NCBI GenBank assembly: GCA_963725865.1
Contig: CAVSAC010000010.1
Span: forward strand, 1 to 64,000
DNA from: Candidatus Eiseniibacteriota bacterium
GTDB lineage: Bacteria > Eisenbacteria > RBG-16-71-46
DNA length: 64,000 bases
Direction: 5' to 3'
Shown here: positions 50,775 to 61,118 of the stretch, piece after piece
How the letters are laid out: every line of letters begins with the position of its first letter
Position numbering within the stretch: position 1 is the first letter of the stretch
Made by a program: the position numbers and the translations under genes
Notes under the pieces: model-generated
What the model was told of the DNA's origin: nothing
Databases searched by the model: none
Seen by the model: only the letters and a program-made list of their open reading frames with translations

Positions 50775-52156
50775 ATGAAGTGCTACTCGCTGTCGCATCT
50801 GTCGGACCACGTGTTGCTGCATGACCTGGCCGCACTCGTTGCCCAGGACCGCACCACCACCGCGGCGCTGCTCGCGCATCTCGCCGAGGTCGATGCCCGC
50901 AAGCTCTACCTGCCGGCGGCCTACCCTTCGATGTACGCCTGGTGCGTCGGAGAGCTGAAGCTGTCGGAGGACGCGGCCGCCAAGCGCATCCAGGCCGCCC
51001 GGGTCGCGCGGCGGTTCCCGGCCATCTTCCCGATCCTGGCGGACGGCCGCCTGCACCTGAGCGCGGTGGTGCTGCTGGCGCCGCACCTCAGCCCGGACAC
51101 TGCCGACGAACTGCTGGCCGCCGCGGCGAGCAGGTCCAAGCCCGAGCTCGAACGGCTGATCGCCGAGCGCTTCCCGCGGCCGGACCTGCCGACGTTGCTG
51201 CAGTCCCTCGCACCTTGTGAAATCGGAGAACAACATGCCCCGGGGCATGTTCACGTGACGACTTCTGAACATGCGCTGGAGCCCGTGGGTGCGCCGGGTA
51301 GCGTACCGGCACTGGCGCCGGTTCATGACCACGTGAGCCAACACGCCCCGGGGCGTGTTGATCCTGCGATGTCGCGCGGCAAGCTCGCTCCGCTCTCGCC
51401 CGGCCGCTTCGCGCTGCAGGTCACGATCGCGCAGGACACTCACGACAAGCTGCACTACGCACAGTCCTTGCTCGCCCACACGCTGCCCCACGGCGACCTC
51501 GCCCAGGTGCTGGATCGTGCGCTCGACGCGCTGGTCGCCAAGCTCGAGCAGCGCCGCTTCGCCGCCACCGCCCGCTCGTGCCCGAGCCGTGGGCGCCGCA
51601 CCGAGGACAGCCGTTACGTGCCCGCCGCAGTCCGGCGCGCGGTGTGGCAGCGCGACGGTGGCCAGTGCACGTTCGTGGCGACAAGGGTCATCGCTGCGAG
51701 GCCCGTGCCCGGCTCGAGTTCGACCACGTCGAGGCGTTCGCGCGCGGCGGTCAGGCGAGCGTGTCGCAGATGCGCCTGCAATGCCGGGCGCACAACCAGT
51801 TCTCCGCCGAGAGGATGTTTGGAGCCGACTTCATGCGCCACAAGCGTGACGAAGCTCGGCGCCGGGTGGCCGTGTCACGTAATGCGAAGCAGCCGCCCGA
51901 GCGCGACAGCGCGTCAGCCCAGCAGTCCGGCGTGGACGAGGTGATCCCGTGGCTCCGGGCACTCGGCTTCCGAGCTGACGAGGCGCAGCGCGCGGCAACG
52001 CTCGCGGACGACATACCCGACGCCCCGCTCGAGGCACGAGTTCGCGCAGCGATCGCAAGCCTGGCACCTGCGAGCGCACGCAAGGAGCCCGTGCACTTGT
52101 CGACATTCAGAGACTCGTTCGGCACAAGTGGGGTGGCGAGCGGGATTGGCACGTGA
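50775..52156 (+). pseudogene. Multidomain HNH endonuclease (DUF222-like N-terminus, RHH-like middle, HNH, RuvA-C-like tail), frameshifted at ~51677
   Basis: GGAG SD. First frame runs to VPAAVRRAVWQRDGGQCTFV; the -1 frame continues GDKGHRCEARARLEFDHVEAFARGGQASVSQMRLQCRAHN, then LRALGFRADEA...RVRAAI. Confidence 0.82.
51232..51359. repeat. Intragenic array of four 20-bp units at a 36-bp period, palindromic to varying degrees
   Basis: AACATGCCCCGGGGCATGTT (51232), AACATGCGCTGGAGCCCGTG (51268), TACCGGCACTGGCGCCGGTT (51304), AACACGCCCCGGGGCGTGTT (51340). Confidence 0.8.
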
Positions 52157-52289
52157 GGAGACTGTAGCCTGGGGCTACCGCACGTTCGGAGCCGAACTCG
52201 CAGAGGAGATCAGGATCGCCGCTCGGGATCTCAGAGCGCGTCTCACGCTGCTCCGTTCGGCGCGACGCCGAACGTCGCGGTCGGGCGAT

Positions 52290-54941
52290 CTAAGCCCCGC
52301 TCCCCCACTCCCGCTTCCATTTCGCCAGCAGGTTGAGCGCTTCGAGCGGCGTCAGCGTCTCGACGTCGAGCGCCTTCAGCGCCTCGCCGGCCGGGTGCGG
52401 CGGCGGGGGCGCGGCGGCGAAGAGCCCGAGCTGCGATTCGTCACGCTTCGCGCGGCGGCTCTTGCCGTGGGACTCGAGCTGCTCGACGGTGCGCTCGCTC
52501 TCCAGCTCCTCGAGCACCTCGCGCGCGCGCTCGATCACCTCCATAGGCAGGCCGGCGAGGCGTGCGACGTGGATGCCGTACGAGCGGTCGGCGGCGCCCT
52601 CGGCGATACGGTGCAGGAACACCACGTCCTGCCCGCGCTCCTTCACGGTCACGTGCACGTTGACGAGCCGGGGCAGGCGCTCGGCGAGCTGCGTCAGCTC
52701 GTGGTAGTGGGTGGCGAAAATGGTGCGCGGGCGCGGGCCGGCGGGGTCGTGCAGGTGCTCGGTCACCGCCCACGCGAGGGCCAGGCCGTCGTAGGTCGCG
52801 GTGCCGCGCCCGATCTCGTCGAGCAGCACCAGCGAGCGCGGGCTCGCCGAGCGCAGGATGTCGGCGGTCTCCTGCATCTCGACCATGAACGTGCTCTGCC
52901 CGGCGCCCAGGCGGTCCGACGCGCCGACGCGCGTGAACAGGCGGTCCACGCGCCCGATCGTGGCGTGTGTGGCCGGCACCCACGAGCCGGCCTGCGCGAG
53001 CAGCACGATCAGCGCGGTCTGGCGCAGGTAGGTGCTCTTGCCGCCCATGTTGGGCCCGGTCAGCAGCAGGATCTGGCGTCGCGTGCCATCGAGCGTGACG
53101 GAGTTCGGCACGAACTCCCCGCGCGGGATCAGGCGCTCGACGACCGGATGGCGCGCGTCCTCGAGCACCAGGCGATCGCTGTCGTCGACTTCGGGCCGCG
53201 TCCACCCGAAGCGCGCCGCGGCCTCGGCCAGCGCGACCTCGCTGTCGAGCGTGCCCAGCGCGTCGGCGGCCGCCTGCAGCGAGCCGGCGAAGCCGGCCGC
53301 CCAGGTGCGCAGCGCCACGAACAGCTCGTGCTCGTGCGCCTGGAGCTTGTCCTCCGCGCCGAGCACCTCGCTCTCCTTGGCCTTCAGCTCGGGCGTGACG
53401 TAGCGCTCGGCGGTGGTGAGAGTCTGGCGGCGCTCGTAGTCGGCGGGCACCTTGTCGGTGTGGGCGCGCGTGACCTCGAGGTAGTAGCCGAACACGCGGT
53501 TGTATCCGACCTTGAGGCTCGGGATGCCGGTGCGCGCCCGCTCTCCGGCCTCGAGGTCGGCGATCCAGCGCTTGCCCGAGTGCGCCAGCTCGTGCAGGTG
53601 GTCGCGATGCGCGTCGTAGCCGGCGCGCACCAGTCCGCCCTCGTTCGAGGTCGGCGGCGGCTCGTCGACCAGCGCGGCGCTCAGGCGCTCGGCCAGCGCG
53701 GGATCCACCGCCAGTGCGGCGGCGCGTTCGGCCGGTAGCGCGTCGCCAAGTGCCGCAAGCGAGTCGCGCAGCGCGGGCAGCCGCACGAGTGCGTCGCGCA
53801 GCGCACCCAGGTCGCGCGGCGTGGCGCGCGCCGCGATCAATCTCGCGGCGAGCCGCTCCAGGTCCGGCAGCCCGCGCAGCGCCAGGCGAAACTGCCCGCG
53901 CGCCCCGACCGCCTCGAGCCAGGTGGCCACCGCGGCCTGGCGGCGCTCGAGCGGCGCGAGCGTGGCCAGCGGGCGCTCGAGCCACGCGCGCAGCCGGCGC
54001 GCGCCGGGCGCGGTCGTCGTCAGGTCCATGTGGTGCCACAGCGTGTGACTCGCCTCGCCGCCCGGCTGCGGCTCGAACAGCTCCAGGTGGCGAGCGGTCG
54101 CGGCGTCGTAGCGCAGCGTCTCGTCCTCGCCCCAGCGCTCGACCCGCGCACTGCGCAGGGCCTCGCCGCCCTGCATGCGGTCGAGGTAGTCGAGCGCTCC
54201 GGCGGCGGCCGCGCGGGCCGCTGGGCTCGCCTCGAGCAGCGCCAGCGCGTACGGCCAGCGCGCCCGCAACGGGCGCTCGTCGGTGAAGCGGTCGGCCCGC
54301 GCAGTGCTCAGCGCGCCGGCGGCGCCGCGGCGCGCGGCTTCGAGCCGTGCGGCGAGCGCGGGCGCCAGCTCGTCGGGCGCGGGCACCACCCACTCGGCCA
54401 CCCGCAGGCGAGACAGCAGCCCGGGCGCTTCGTCCCACGTGCACTCGGCCAGCTTCACCTCGGCGGTCGAGACGTCGGCCAGGCACACGCCGAGCATCTC
54501 GTCGGCGGGCCACAGCGCGGCCAGGAAGTTGTTCGCGGCCGGATCCAGGAAGCCGTCGCCGGTCACCGAGCCGGGGGTGAGCACCTCGGTGACGCCGCGC
54601 TGCACGATGCCCTTCGCCTGCGCAGGGTCCTCGAGCTGCTCGCAGATCGCCACCTTGTGCCCGAGCCGCAGCAGCCGCGCGACGTACGCGTCGCGCTGGT
54701 GCCACGGCACGCCGCACATCGGGATCGGGTCGGGATCCTGCTTGTTGCGCGAGGTGAGCGTGAGGCCGAGCAAGCCGGCGCCGCGCACCGCGTCGTCGAA
54801 GAACATCTCGTAGAAGTCGCCGAGCCGGAAGAACAGGAACGCGTCCGGGTGCTCGTCCTTGGCGGCCAGGTACTGGCGCATCAGGGGCGTCGCGGCCGCC
54901 GTGCGCGCCATCGCCGCCCGCACGCTGGACGGCGCGCTCAC
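52290..54941 (-). CDS. mutS: DNA mismatch repair protein MutS
   Basis: TPLMRQY, FFRLGDFYEMF, TGPNMGGKSTY, STFMVEM, DEIGRGT, ATHYHEL, SYGIHVA. Confidence 0.98.
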   Translation of the reverse strand: MSAPSSVRAAMARTAAATPLMRQYLAAKDEHPDAFLFFRLGDFYEMFFDDAVRGAGLLGLTLTSRNKQDPDPIPMCGVPWHQRDAYVARLLRLGHKVAICEQLEDPAQAKGIVQRGVTEVLTPGSVTGDGFLDPAANNFLAALWPADEMLGVCLADVSTAEVKLAECTWDEAPGLLSRLRVAEWVVPAPDELAPALAARLEAARRGAAGALSTARADRFTDERPLRARWPYALALLEASPAARAAAAGALDYLDRMQGGEALRSARVERWGEDETLRYDAATARHLELFEPQPGGEASHTLWHHMDLTTTAPGARRLRAWLERPLATLAPLERRQAAVATWLEAVGARGQFRLALRGLPDLERLAARLIAARATPRDLGALRDALVRLPALRDSLAALGDALPAERAAALAVDPALAERLSAALVDEPPPTSNEGGLVRAGYDAHRDHLHELAHSGKRWIADLEAGERARTGIPSLKVGYNRVFGYYLEVTRAHTDKVPADYERRQTLTTAERYVTPELKAKESEVLGAEDKLQAHEHELFVALRTWAAGFAGSLQAAADALGTLDSEVALAEAAARFGWTRPEVDDSDRLVLEDARHPVVERLIPRGEFVPNSVTLDGTRRQILLLTGPNMGGKSTYLRQTALIVLLAQAGSWVPATHATIGRVDRLFTRVGASDRLGAGQSTFMVEMQETADILRSASPRSLVLLDEIGRGTATYDGLALAWAVTEHLHDPAGPRPRTIFATHYHELTQLAERLPRLVNVHVTVKERGQDVVFLHRIAEGAADRSYGIHVARLAGLPMEVIERAREVLEELESERTVEQLESHGKSRRAKRDESQLGLFAAAPPPPHPAGEALKALDVETLTPLEALNLLAKWKREWGSGA

Positions 54942-55813
54942 GGCTTCACCACCCGGTACGCGACGCCCAGCGCCTGCGCCGCCTTCTCGCCCGCCCGCTG
55001 CGCTTCGGTGAGGCTCGGGAAGTCCCCGATGCGCACGACGTGCATCGTGGCGGCATCTCCGCGCACCGCCACGACCCGGGCGCCGCCGAAGCCGGCCCGC
55101 CGCGCGGCGTCGGCCAGCGCGCGCGCGCGGTCGGGATCGGCGAACGCGCCAACCTGCACGCTCACGGTGCCCCCCTCGGCCGACGCCACGGGTACCACCG
55201 CCGACTCGCGGGCGCGGGCACGCGCGGCTTCGAAGCTCGCGGGCCAGTCCCGCATCAGGCGCTCGCTCGCGCGGCTCGCCTGGTCGGCGTGGTGCAGCTG
55301 GGTGGCGAGCGCCTCGAGATGGGCGAGCGCGGCGGGTCCCGCCTCGCCCGGGCGGTCGTTCACCAGGCGCTCCAGCTCGTCGAGCGCGCGGTCGGGCCGG
55401 GCCGCCAGCTCCCACGCGAGCGCCACGCCGAGCCGCGCGAGCCCACGCCGCGCGGGATCGGAACGCGCCACCTCCTCGAGCGCCGCGCGTGCCTGGGTCG
55501 CATCGGCCGCACCCAGCCACGAGAGACCCGCCCAGTAGCGCGCCTCGCCCTTGCGCGCAGGCTCCCAGCGCGCGGCGGCGCGGCCGAACGCGTCGGCGGC
55601 CTGGTGGTACTCGCCGCGGGCGTAGTGGAGCTGGCCGAGCGCGAACGCGGCCTCGCCGGCCGCGCCGGCAGTGGCGCTGCGCGCCTCGAGCCTTCGCAGC
55701 GGCACCACGAGGCTGTCCGGCGGCGTGTGCGCGAGCACGTCGGCGAGCGTCTGGGCGCGAGCGGACGGGGCCAGCGCGAGCACGGCCAGGAGCACGAGAT
55801 GGGTGCGGGACAT
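54938..55813 (-). CDS. Secreted TPR + SPOR domain protein
   Basis: Signal peptide, TPR-like helices (AAFALGQLHYARGEY), SPOR motif VQVGAFAD...VRIGDF. Confidence 0.85.
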   Translation of the reverse strand: MSRTHLVLLAVLALAPSARAQTLADVLAHTPPDSLVVPLRRLEARSATAGAAGEAAFALGQLHYARGEYHQAADAFGRAAARWEPARKGEARYWAGLSWLGAADATQARAALEEVARSDPARRGLARLGVALAWELAARPDRALDELERLVNDRPGEAGPAALAHLEALATQLHHADQASRASERLMRDWPASFEAARARARESAVVPVASAEGGTVSVQVGAFADPDRARALADAARRAGFGGARVVAVRGDAATMHVVRIGDFPSLTEAQRAGEKAAQALGVAYRVVKP

Positions 55814-55822
55814 GGAGCGCGG

Positions 55823-55851
55823 AGAATACGGCGGCGGGCCGTGAATGCCAA
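55823..55851 (-). promoter_or_regulatory. Sigma70 promoter, probably leaderless
   Basis: TTGGCA-N17-TATTCT, 9 nt before the ATG at 55813. Confidence 0.6.
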
Positions 55852-55899
55852 CGGGCGGCCGCCGGGCCGCCCGTCGATCAACCGGCCCTCGCGGGGTGC

Positions 55900-57666
55900 T
55901 CAGCGCAGCGTGACGAAGCGCCGCTCGAGCGTCTCGCCGCCCGCCCGCACCCGCACGAAGCGCATCCCGGCGGGAACCACCGCCCCCGCGAGGTCGCGAC
56001 CGTCCCAGCTCAGGGTGTGGCGCCCGGCCGGCAGCGCCCCGTCGATCAGCGTTTGCAGGCGCCGGCCCGCCAGGTCGAACACCTCGGCGGTCACGCGCGA
56101 GGAGGCGGGCAGGTCGAGCGCGAAGCGGACTGCCCCGCGGGCGGGATTCGGCGTCGGCGTGCCGAGGCGCGTCGCCAGCACCGGGACCCCTTCCACCGCC
56201 GCGAGACCGCTGGCGCCCGATCCGGTGACGTACTGAGCGAACACCTGCGTACCGCTGCCGCTGCGGCCGTCCATCCAGGCCACCGTCGCACCGGGATAGT
56301 CCGAGGCGATCACCGGCTCGGCCTGGGATCCGGGTGCCGCGCACAGCACCGCGCCGCTCGCGGGCCAGCTCGGATGGAAGGTGCCGTCCGCGCGCAGGCG
56401 CTGCGCGAGTACTCCGCCGTCGCCACCATCCGGCCCGGTCCACGTCACGATCGCGCCGCCGTCGTACTGCGGCGCCAGCGCGCCGCCGCCCAGCATGGAC
56501 GGGTAGCCGGTGACCAGCACGCCGCCGGTGCCCCAGCCGGGCGCCGGAACGCCGAGGCCGTCGAGGCGCTGCACCATGAGCGCGATGGAGGGCGTGTTGG
56601 TGACGCTGCGCGCGACCACGTCGAGCCACGAGACCAGGATGCCTCCGGCGTCGTCGGACACCACGTCGGCGAGCGACAGTTCACGCACGACCGGCGTCAC
56701 CGCGACGCCCGAATCGGTCCAGCCCGGCGCGAACGCTCCGGCGGGCGTGACGCGCGTGGCGCGGAGCCGGCGTTCCACGCCGATCCCTTCGGTCCAGACC
56801 ACGAACCCGCCCGCCAGCAGGCGGAAGTCGCCGGTCGCGTGATCAGTCGCGATGCGCAGGCCGTTCACCGGCCAGCCCGCCGCGTGCGCGCCCGCGCTGT
56901 CGATGCTCTGCACGTACAGGCCGGCCGGTGCCGGGAAGGCGCGCTCATCCCTCCATGCGAGCAGCGCACCGCGAGTCTCGAAGCCCGCGGCGATCCGCGG
57001 CGGTCCCTGGTTGAATGGCGCGTCGCACACTGCCACTCCGGTCGAGTCCCACATGCGGTGCCCATCGGCGGCGAGCCGCTGCACGTAAATGTCGTCCGTG
57101 CCGCTGCGGCTGTCCCGCCAGGCCACGAGCAGCTCGCGCGGAAAGGACATCGTCGCGTCCGGGCTGCCGACGATCGCCGGATCCGCCTGACTGCCGGGCA
57201 TCCGGCACACCGGCACACCGTCCTCCGCCCAGGATCGGTACACGAGGTTTGCGAAGATGTCGTCGCCCAGGGCGCCGCGCCCGTCCTGCCAGGCGACCGC
57301 GATGTCCGAACATCCCCCTTGGAGACCACAGGGATCGATGTCCAACACGGTCATGGCGGCGCGGGTCTGGTCGGCGAGGGCCGTGCAGACGGGACGCTCC
57401 CACGAAGGATCGACGCCCTGCGAGCCGAACACGCTCGCGTACAGATCGATCCCCTGCGAGCCGATGGCGCGATGGTCCTCCCAGAGGACGACGAGGGCGG
57501 AGCCGTAGAAGTTGATGTAGTTGACCCCCATCCGCAGCCCCGACAGCTGGCGCGGGTCCGCGGGAGCGGCCGATACGGGACTGCCGTCGGGGAGCCACGC
57601 GAGCGCGGGAGCCGGGGACGACAGGAGGATCGCGAGGAGCACGAGGATCAGCGGGGATCGGCGCAT
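55900..57666 (-). CDS. Secreted repeat protein with C-terminal FlgD Ig-like (sorting-type) domain
   Basis: Signal peptide, repeated (V/L)AWxDxR...DIY(A/V)QR units, C-terminal PNPARG..RFAL..VFDLAGR..WDGRD..G..FVR. Confidence 0.82.
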   Translation of the reverse strand: MRRSPLILVLLAILLSSPAPALAWLPDGSPVSAAPADPRQLSGLRMGVNYINFYGSALVVLWEDHRAIGSQGIDLYASVFGSQGVDPSWERPVCTALADQTRAAMTVLDIDPCGLQGGCSDIAVAWQDGRGALGDDIFANLVYRSWAEDGVPVCRMPGSQADPAIVGSPDATMSFPRELLVAWRDSRSGTDDIYVQRLAADGHRMWDSTGVAVCDAPFNQGPPRIAAGFETRGALLAWRDERAFPAPAGLYVQSIDSAGAHAAGWPVNGLRIATDHATGDFRLLAGGFVVWTEGIGVERRLRATRVTPAGAFAPGWTDSGVAVTPVVRELSLADVVSDDAGGILVSWLDVVARSVTNTPSIALMVQRLDGLGVPAPGWGTGGVLVTGYPSMLGGGALAPQYDGGAIVTWTGPDGGDGGVLAQRLRADGTFHPSWPASGAVLCAAPGSQAEPVIASDYPGATVAWMDGRSGSGTQVFAQYVTGSGASGLAAVEGVPVLATRLGTPTPNPARGAVRFALDLPASSRVTAEVFDLAGRRLQTLIDGALPAGRHTLSWDGRDLAGAVVPAGMRFVRVRAGGETLERRFVTLR

Positions 57667-57809
57667 GCGGGCATCCCTCCGGCTGGGGCGGCGGTCGCGG
57701 CGAGCGGGGTGCCCCCATGCTAGGCGCACGCCACGCGGGAGACCATGCGGGATTCTACCGAGCACCGCGGTGCGGCGAGCCCGGCGCGCACCGGCCGATT
57801 GGAACGCGA

Positions 57810-57837
57810 ACGGGCGGCCCCTCGCGGGACCGCCCGT
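57810..57837 (-). terminator. Hairpin downstream of rpsA
   Basis: ACGGGCGG...CCGCCCGT stem. Confidence 0.5.
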
Positions 57838-57862
57838 CGCGTGATGGTTCGCGGTGGCGCCG

Positions 57863-59668
<1,806 letters not shown>

Positions 59669-59709
59669 GATGGTGAAGCCTCCTCTGCAACTATGGATAT
59701 GGGAGCGGT

Positions 59710-60357
59710 TCAGGCCGCCCCGCGTGAAGCCGAGCTCATCTGAGCGGTCCGCAGCGCTCCAATCTCGCGCATCAGGCCCTCGCCCACCTTCTGGTAGAGC
59801 GCGCGCCCCGGCACGGGATCGACGTCCGGACCCGCCAGTTCCTGCCAGCGCCACGGCGCGCCGAACGACACACGCACCATCGCGCCGCGATACAGCCACT
59901 TCGACGGGCGCTGACTCCCCGAGACGAAGACCGGCAGGATGGGAACATCGGCATTCACCGCCAGCATCCCCACTCCCGGGCGCGCGGGGTGCAGCTCGCC
60001 GTCGCGCATCCGGCTCCCTTCCGGGAACATCAGCAGGGCCCGCCCCTGCCTCAAGACCTCGATCGCTCGCGCCATTCCCGACAGATCGGCGACGCCGCGC
60101 CGGATCGGGATGGAGTTGTAGGCCCGGATCAGCGCTCCGAAGAGCGGCGGCCGGAACAGCTCCTCTTTCGCGAGGAAGTGCATCTCTCGTGGCAGCGCCG
60201 CTCCGACCAGCGGTGGATCCCAGAACGAGACGTGGTTGGAGGCCACGATCAAGCCACCCGTGCGCGGCACTCGCTCGCGACCGGTGACCTTCCATCCCGT
60301 GAGCACACCCAAGAAGGCGCTGATGACAAACCGGGACGCACTATAGTGCAGGCTCAC
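59710..60357 (-). CDS. plsC: 1-acyl-sn-glycerol-3-phosphate acyltransferase
   Basis: SNHVSFWD, FLAKEEL, FPEGSR. Confidence 0.92.
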   Translation of the reverse strand: MSLHYSASRFVISAFLGVLTGWKVTGRERVPRTGGLIVASNHVSFWDPPLVGAALPREMHFLAKEELFRPPLFGALIRAYNSIPIRRGVADLSGMARAIEVLRQGRALLMFPEGSRMRDGELHPARPGVGMLAVNADVPILPVFVSGSQRPSKWLYRGAMVRVSFGAPWRWQELAGPDVDPVPGRALYQKVGEGLMREIGALRTAQMSSASRGAA

Positions 60358-61118
60358 GGAATCTCCAAGGGCCCGGCCGGGCCACTGGGACCGCCCGCAC
60401 CGGGCGGCGTCCGGAGTTTGCCGGGCCCCTCCCGGGGGTCCCGGGCGACCCAGGCGGGATGGCGCCGGACCACCTCCAACACCGCCTCCACCTGCGTCGC
60501 GATGTCCATGCCGGTGGTGTCGATGACTTCAGCGCCGGCGGCCGGACGCAGCGGGCTGTCGGCCCGCCCGCGGTCCCGGCTATCGCGCCGGTCCAGCTCC
60601 TCGCGCACCTGCTCGACGGTGGCGGCGATGCCGCGCGTGAGCAGCTCGCGGTGCCGCCGCCGCGCGCGCTCCTCGAGCGTGGCGTCGAGGTAGATCTTCA
60701 CTTCGGCGTCCGGGAACACCACGGTGCCGAGGTCGCGCCCCTCGCCCACCAGCGGGCCGCGCTCGCGCAGCGCGCGCTGGACCGCCACCAGGCGCCGGCG
60801 CACCGCGGAGCGCGCGGCGAGGCGCGACGACAGCTCGCTCACCACCGGCGTGCGGATGCGCGCGGCGACGTCCTCGCCGTCGAGCCACACGTGCGCGGCG
60901 TCCGGCGTGCCGGCGAGGTCCAGCCGGGTGGACTCCAGCATGGCCTCGAGCGCCGCGGCGTCGTCAGGGCGCACGCCCTGATCGAGCGCCTTGAGCGCGA
61001 TCGCGCGGTAGAGGGCGCCGGTATCGACGTAGAGCAGGCCCAGCCGCGAGGCGACCGCGCGCGCCGTGGTGCTCTTGCCCGCTCCCGCGGGCCCGTCGAT
61101 CGCCACCACGAAGCTCAT
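60354..61118 (-). CDS. cmk: Cytidylate kinase
   Basis: AIDGPAGAGKST, DTGALYR, EGRDLGTVVFPDA, RRDSRD. Confidence 0.97.
   Translation of the reverse strand: MSFVVAIDGPAGAGKSTTARAVASRLGLLYVDTGALYRAIALKALDQGVRPDDAAALEAMLESTRLDLAGTPDAAHVWLDGEDVAARIRTPVVSELSSRLAARSAVRRRLVAVQRALRERGPLVGEGRDLGTVVFPDAEVKIYLDATLEERARRRHRELLTRGIAATVEQVREELDRRDSRDRGRADSPLRPAAGAEVIDTTGMDIATQVEAVLEVVRRHPAWVARDPREGPGKLRTPPGAGGPSGPAGPLEIP

Noticed and set aside
51232..51359. CRISPR array
   Set aside because: Units are only 20 bp with 16-bp spacers, are diverged from each other, lie in-frame inside a gene, and no cas genes are present. Reported as a different kind of array instead.
50478..52249. Terminal inverted repeats of the HNH cassette (AGCGCGAGACG versus the reverse complement of CGTCTCACGCT)
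   Set aside because: Only 10 of 11 bases match in GC-rich DNA and I see no target-site duplication.
57720..57757. 8-aa upstream ORF (MVSRVACA) after a TAGAAT box
   Set aside because: No matching -35 box, only 5-nt spacing, and no coupling to the downstream gene.
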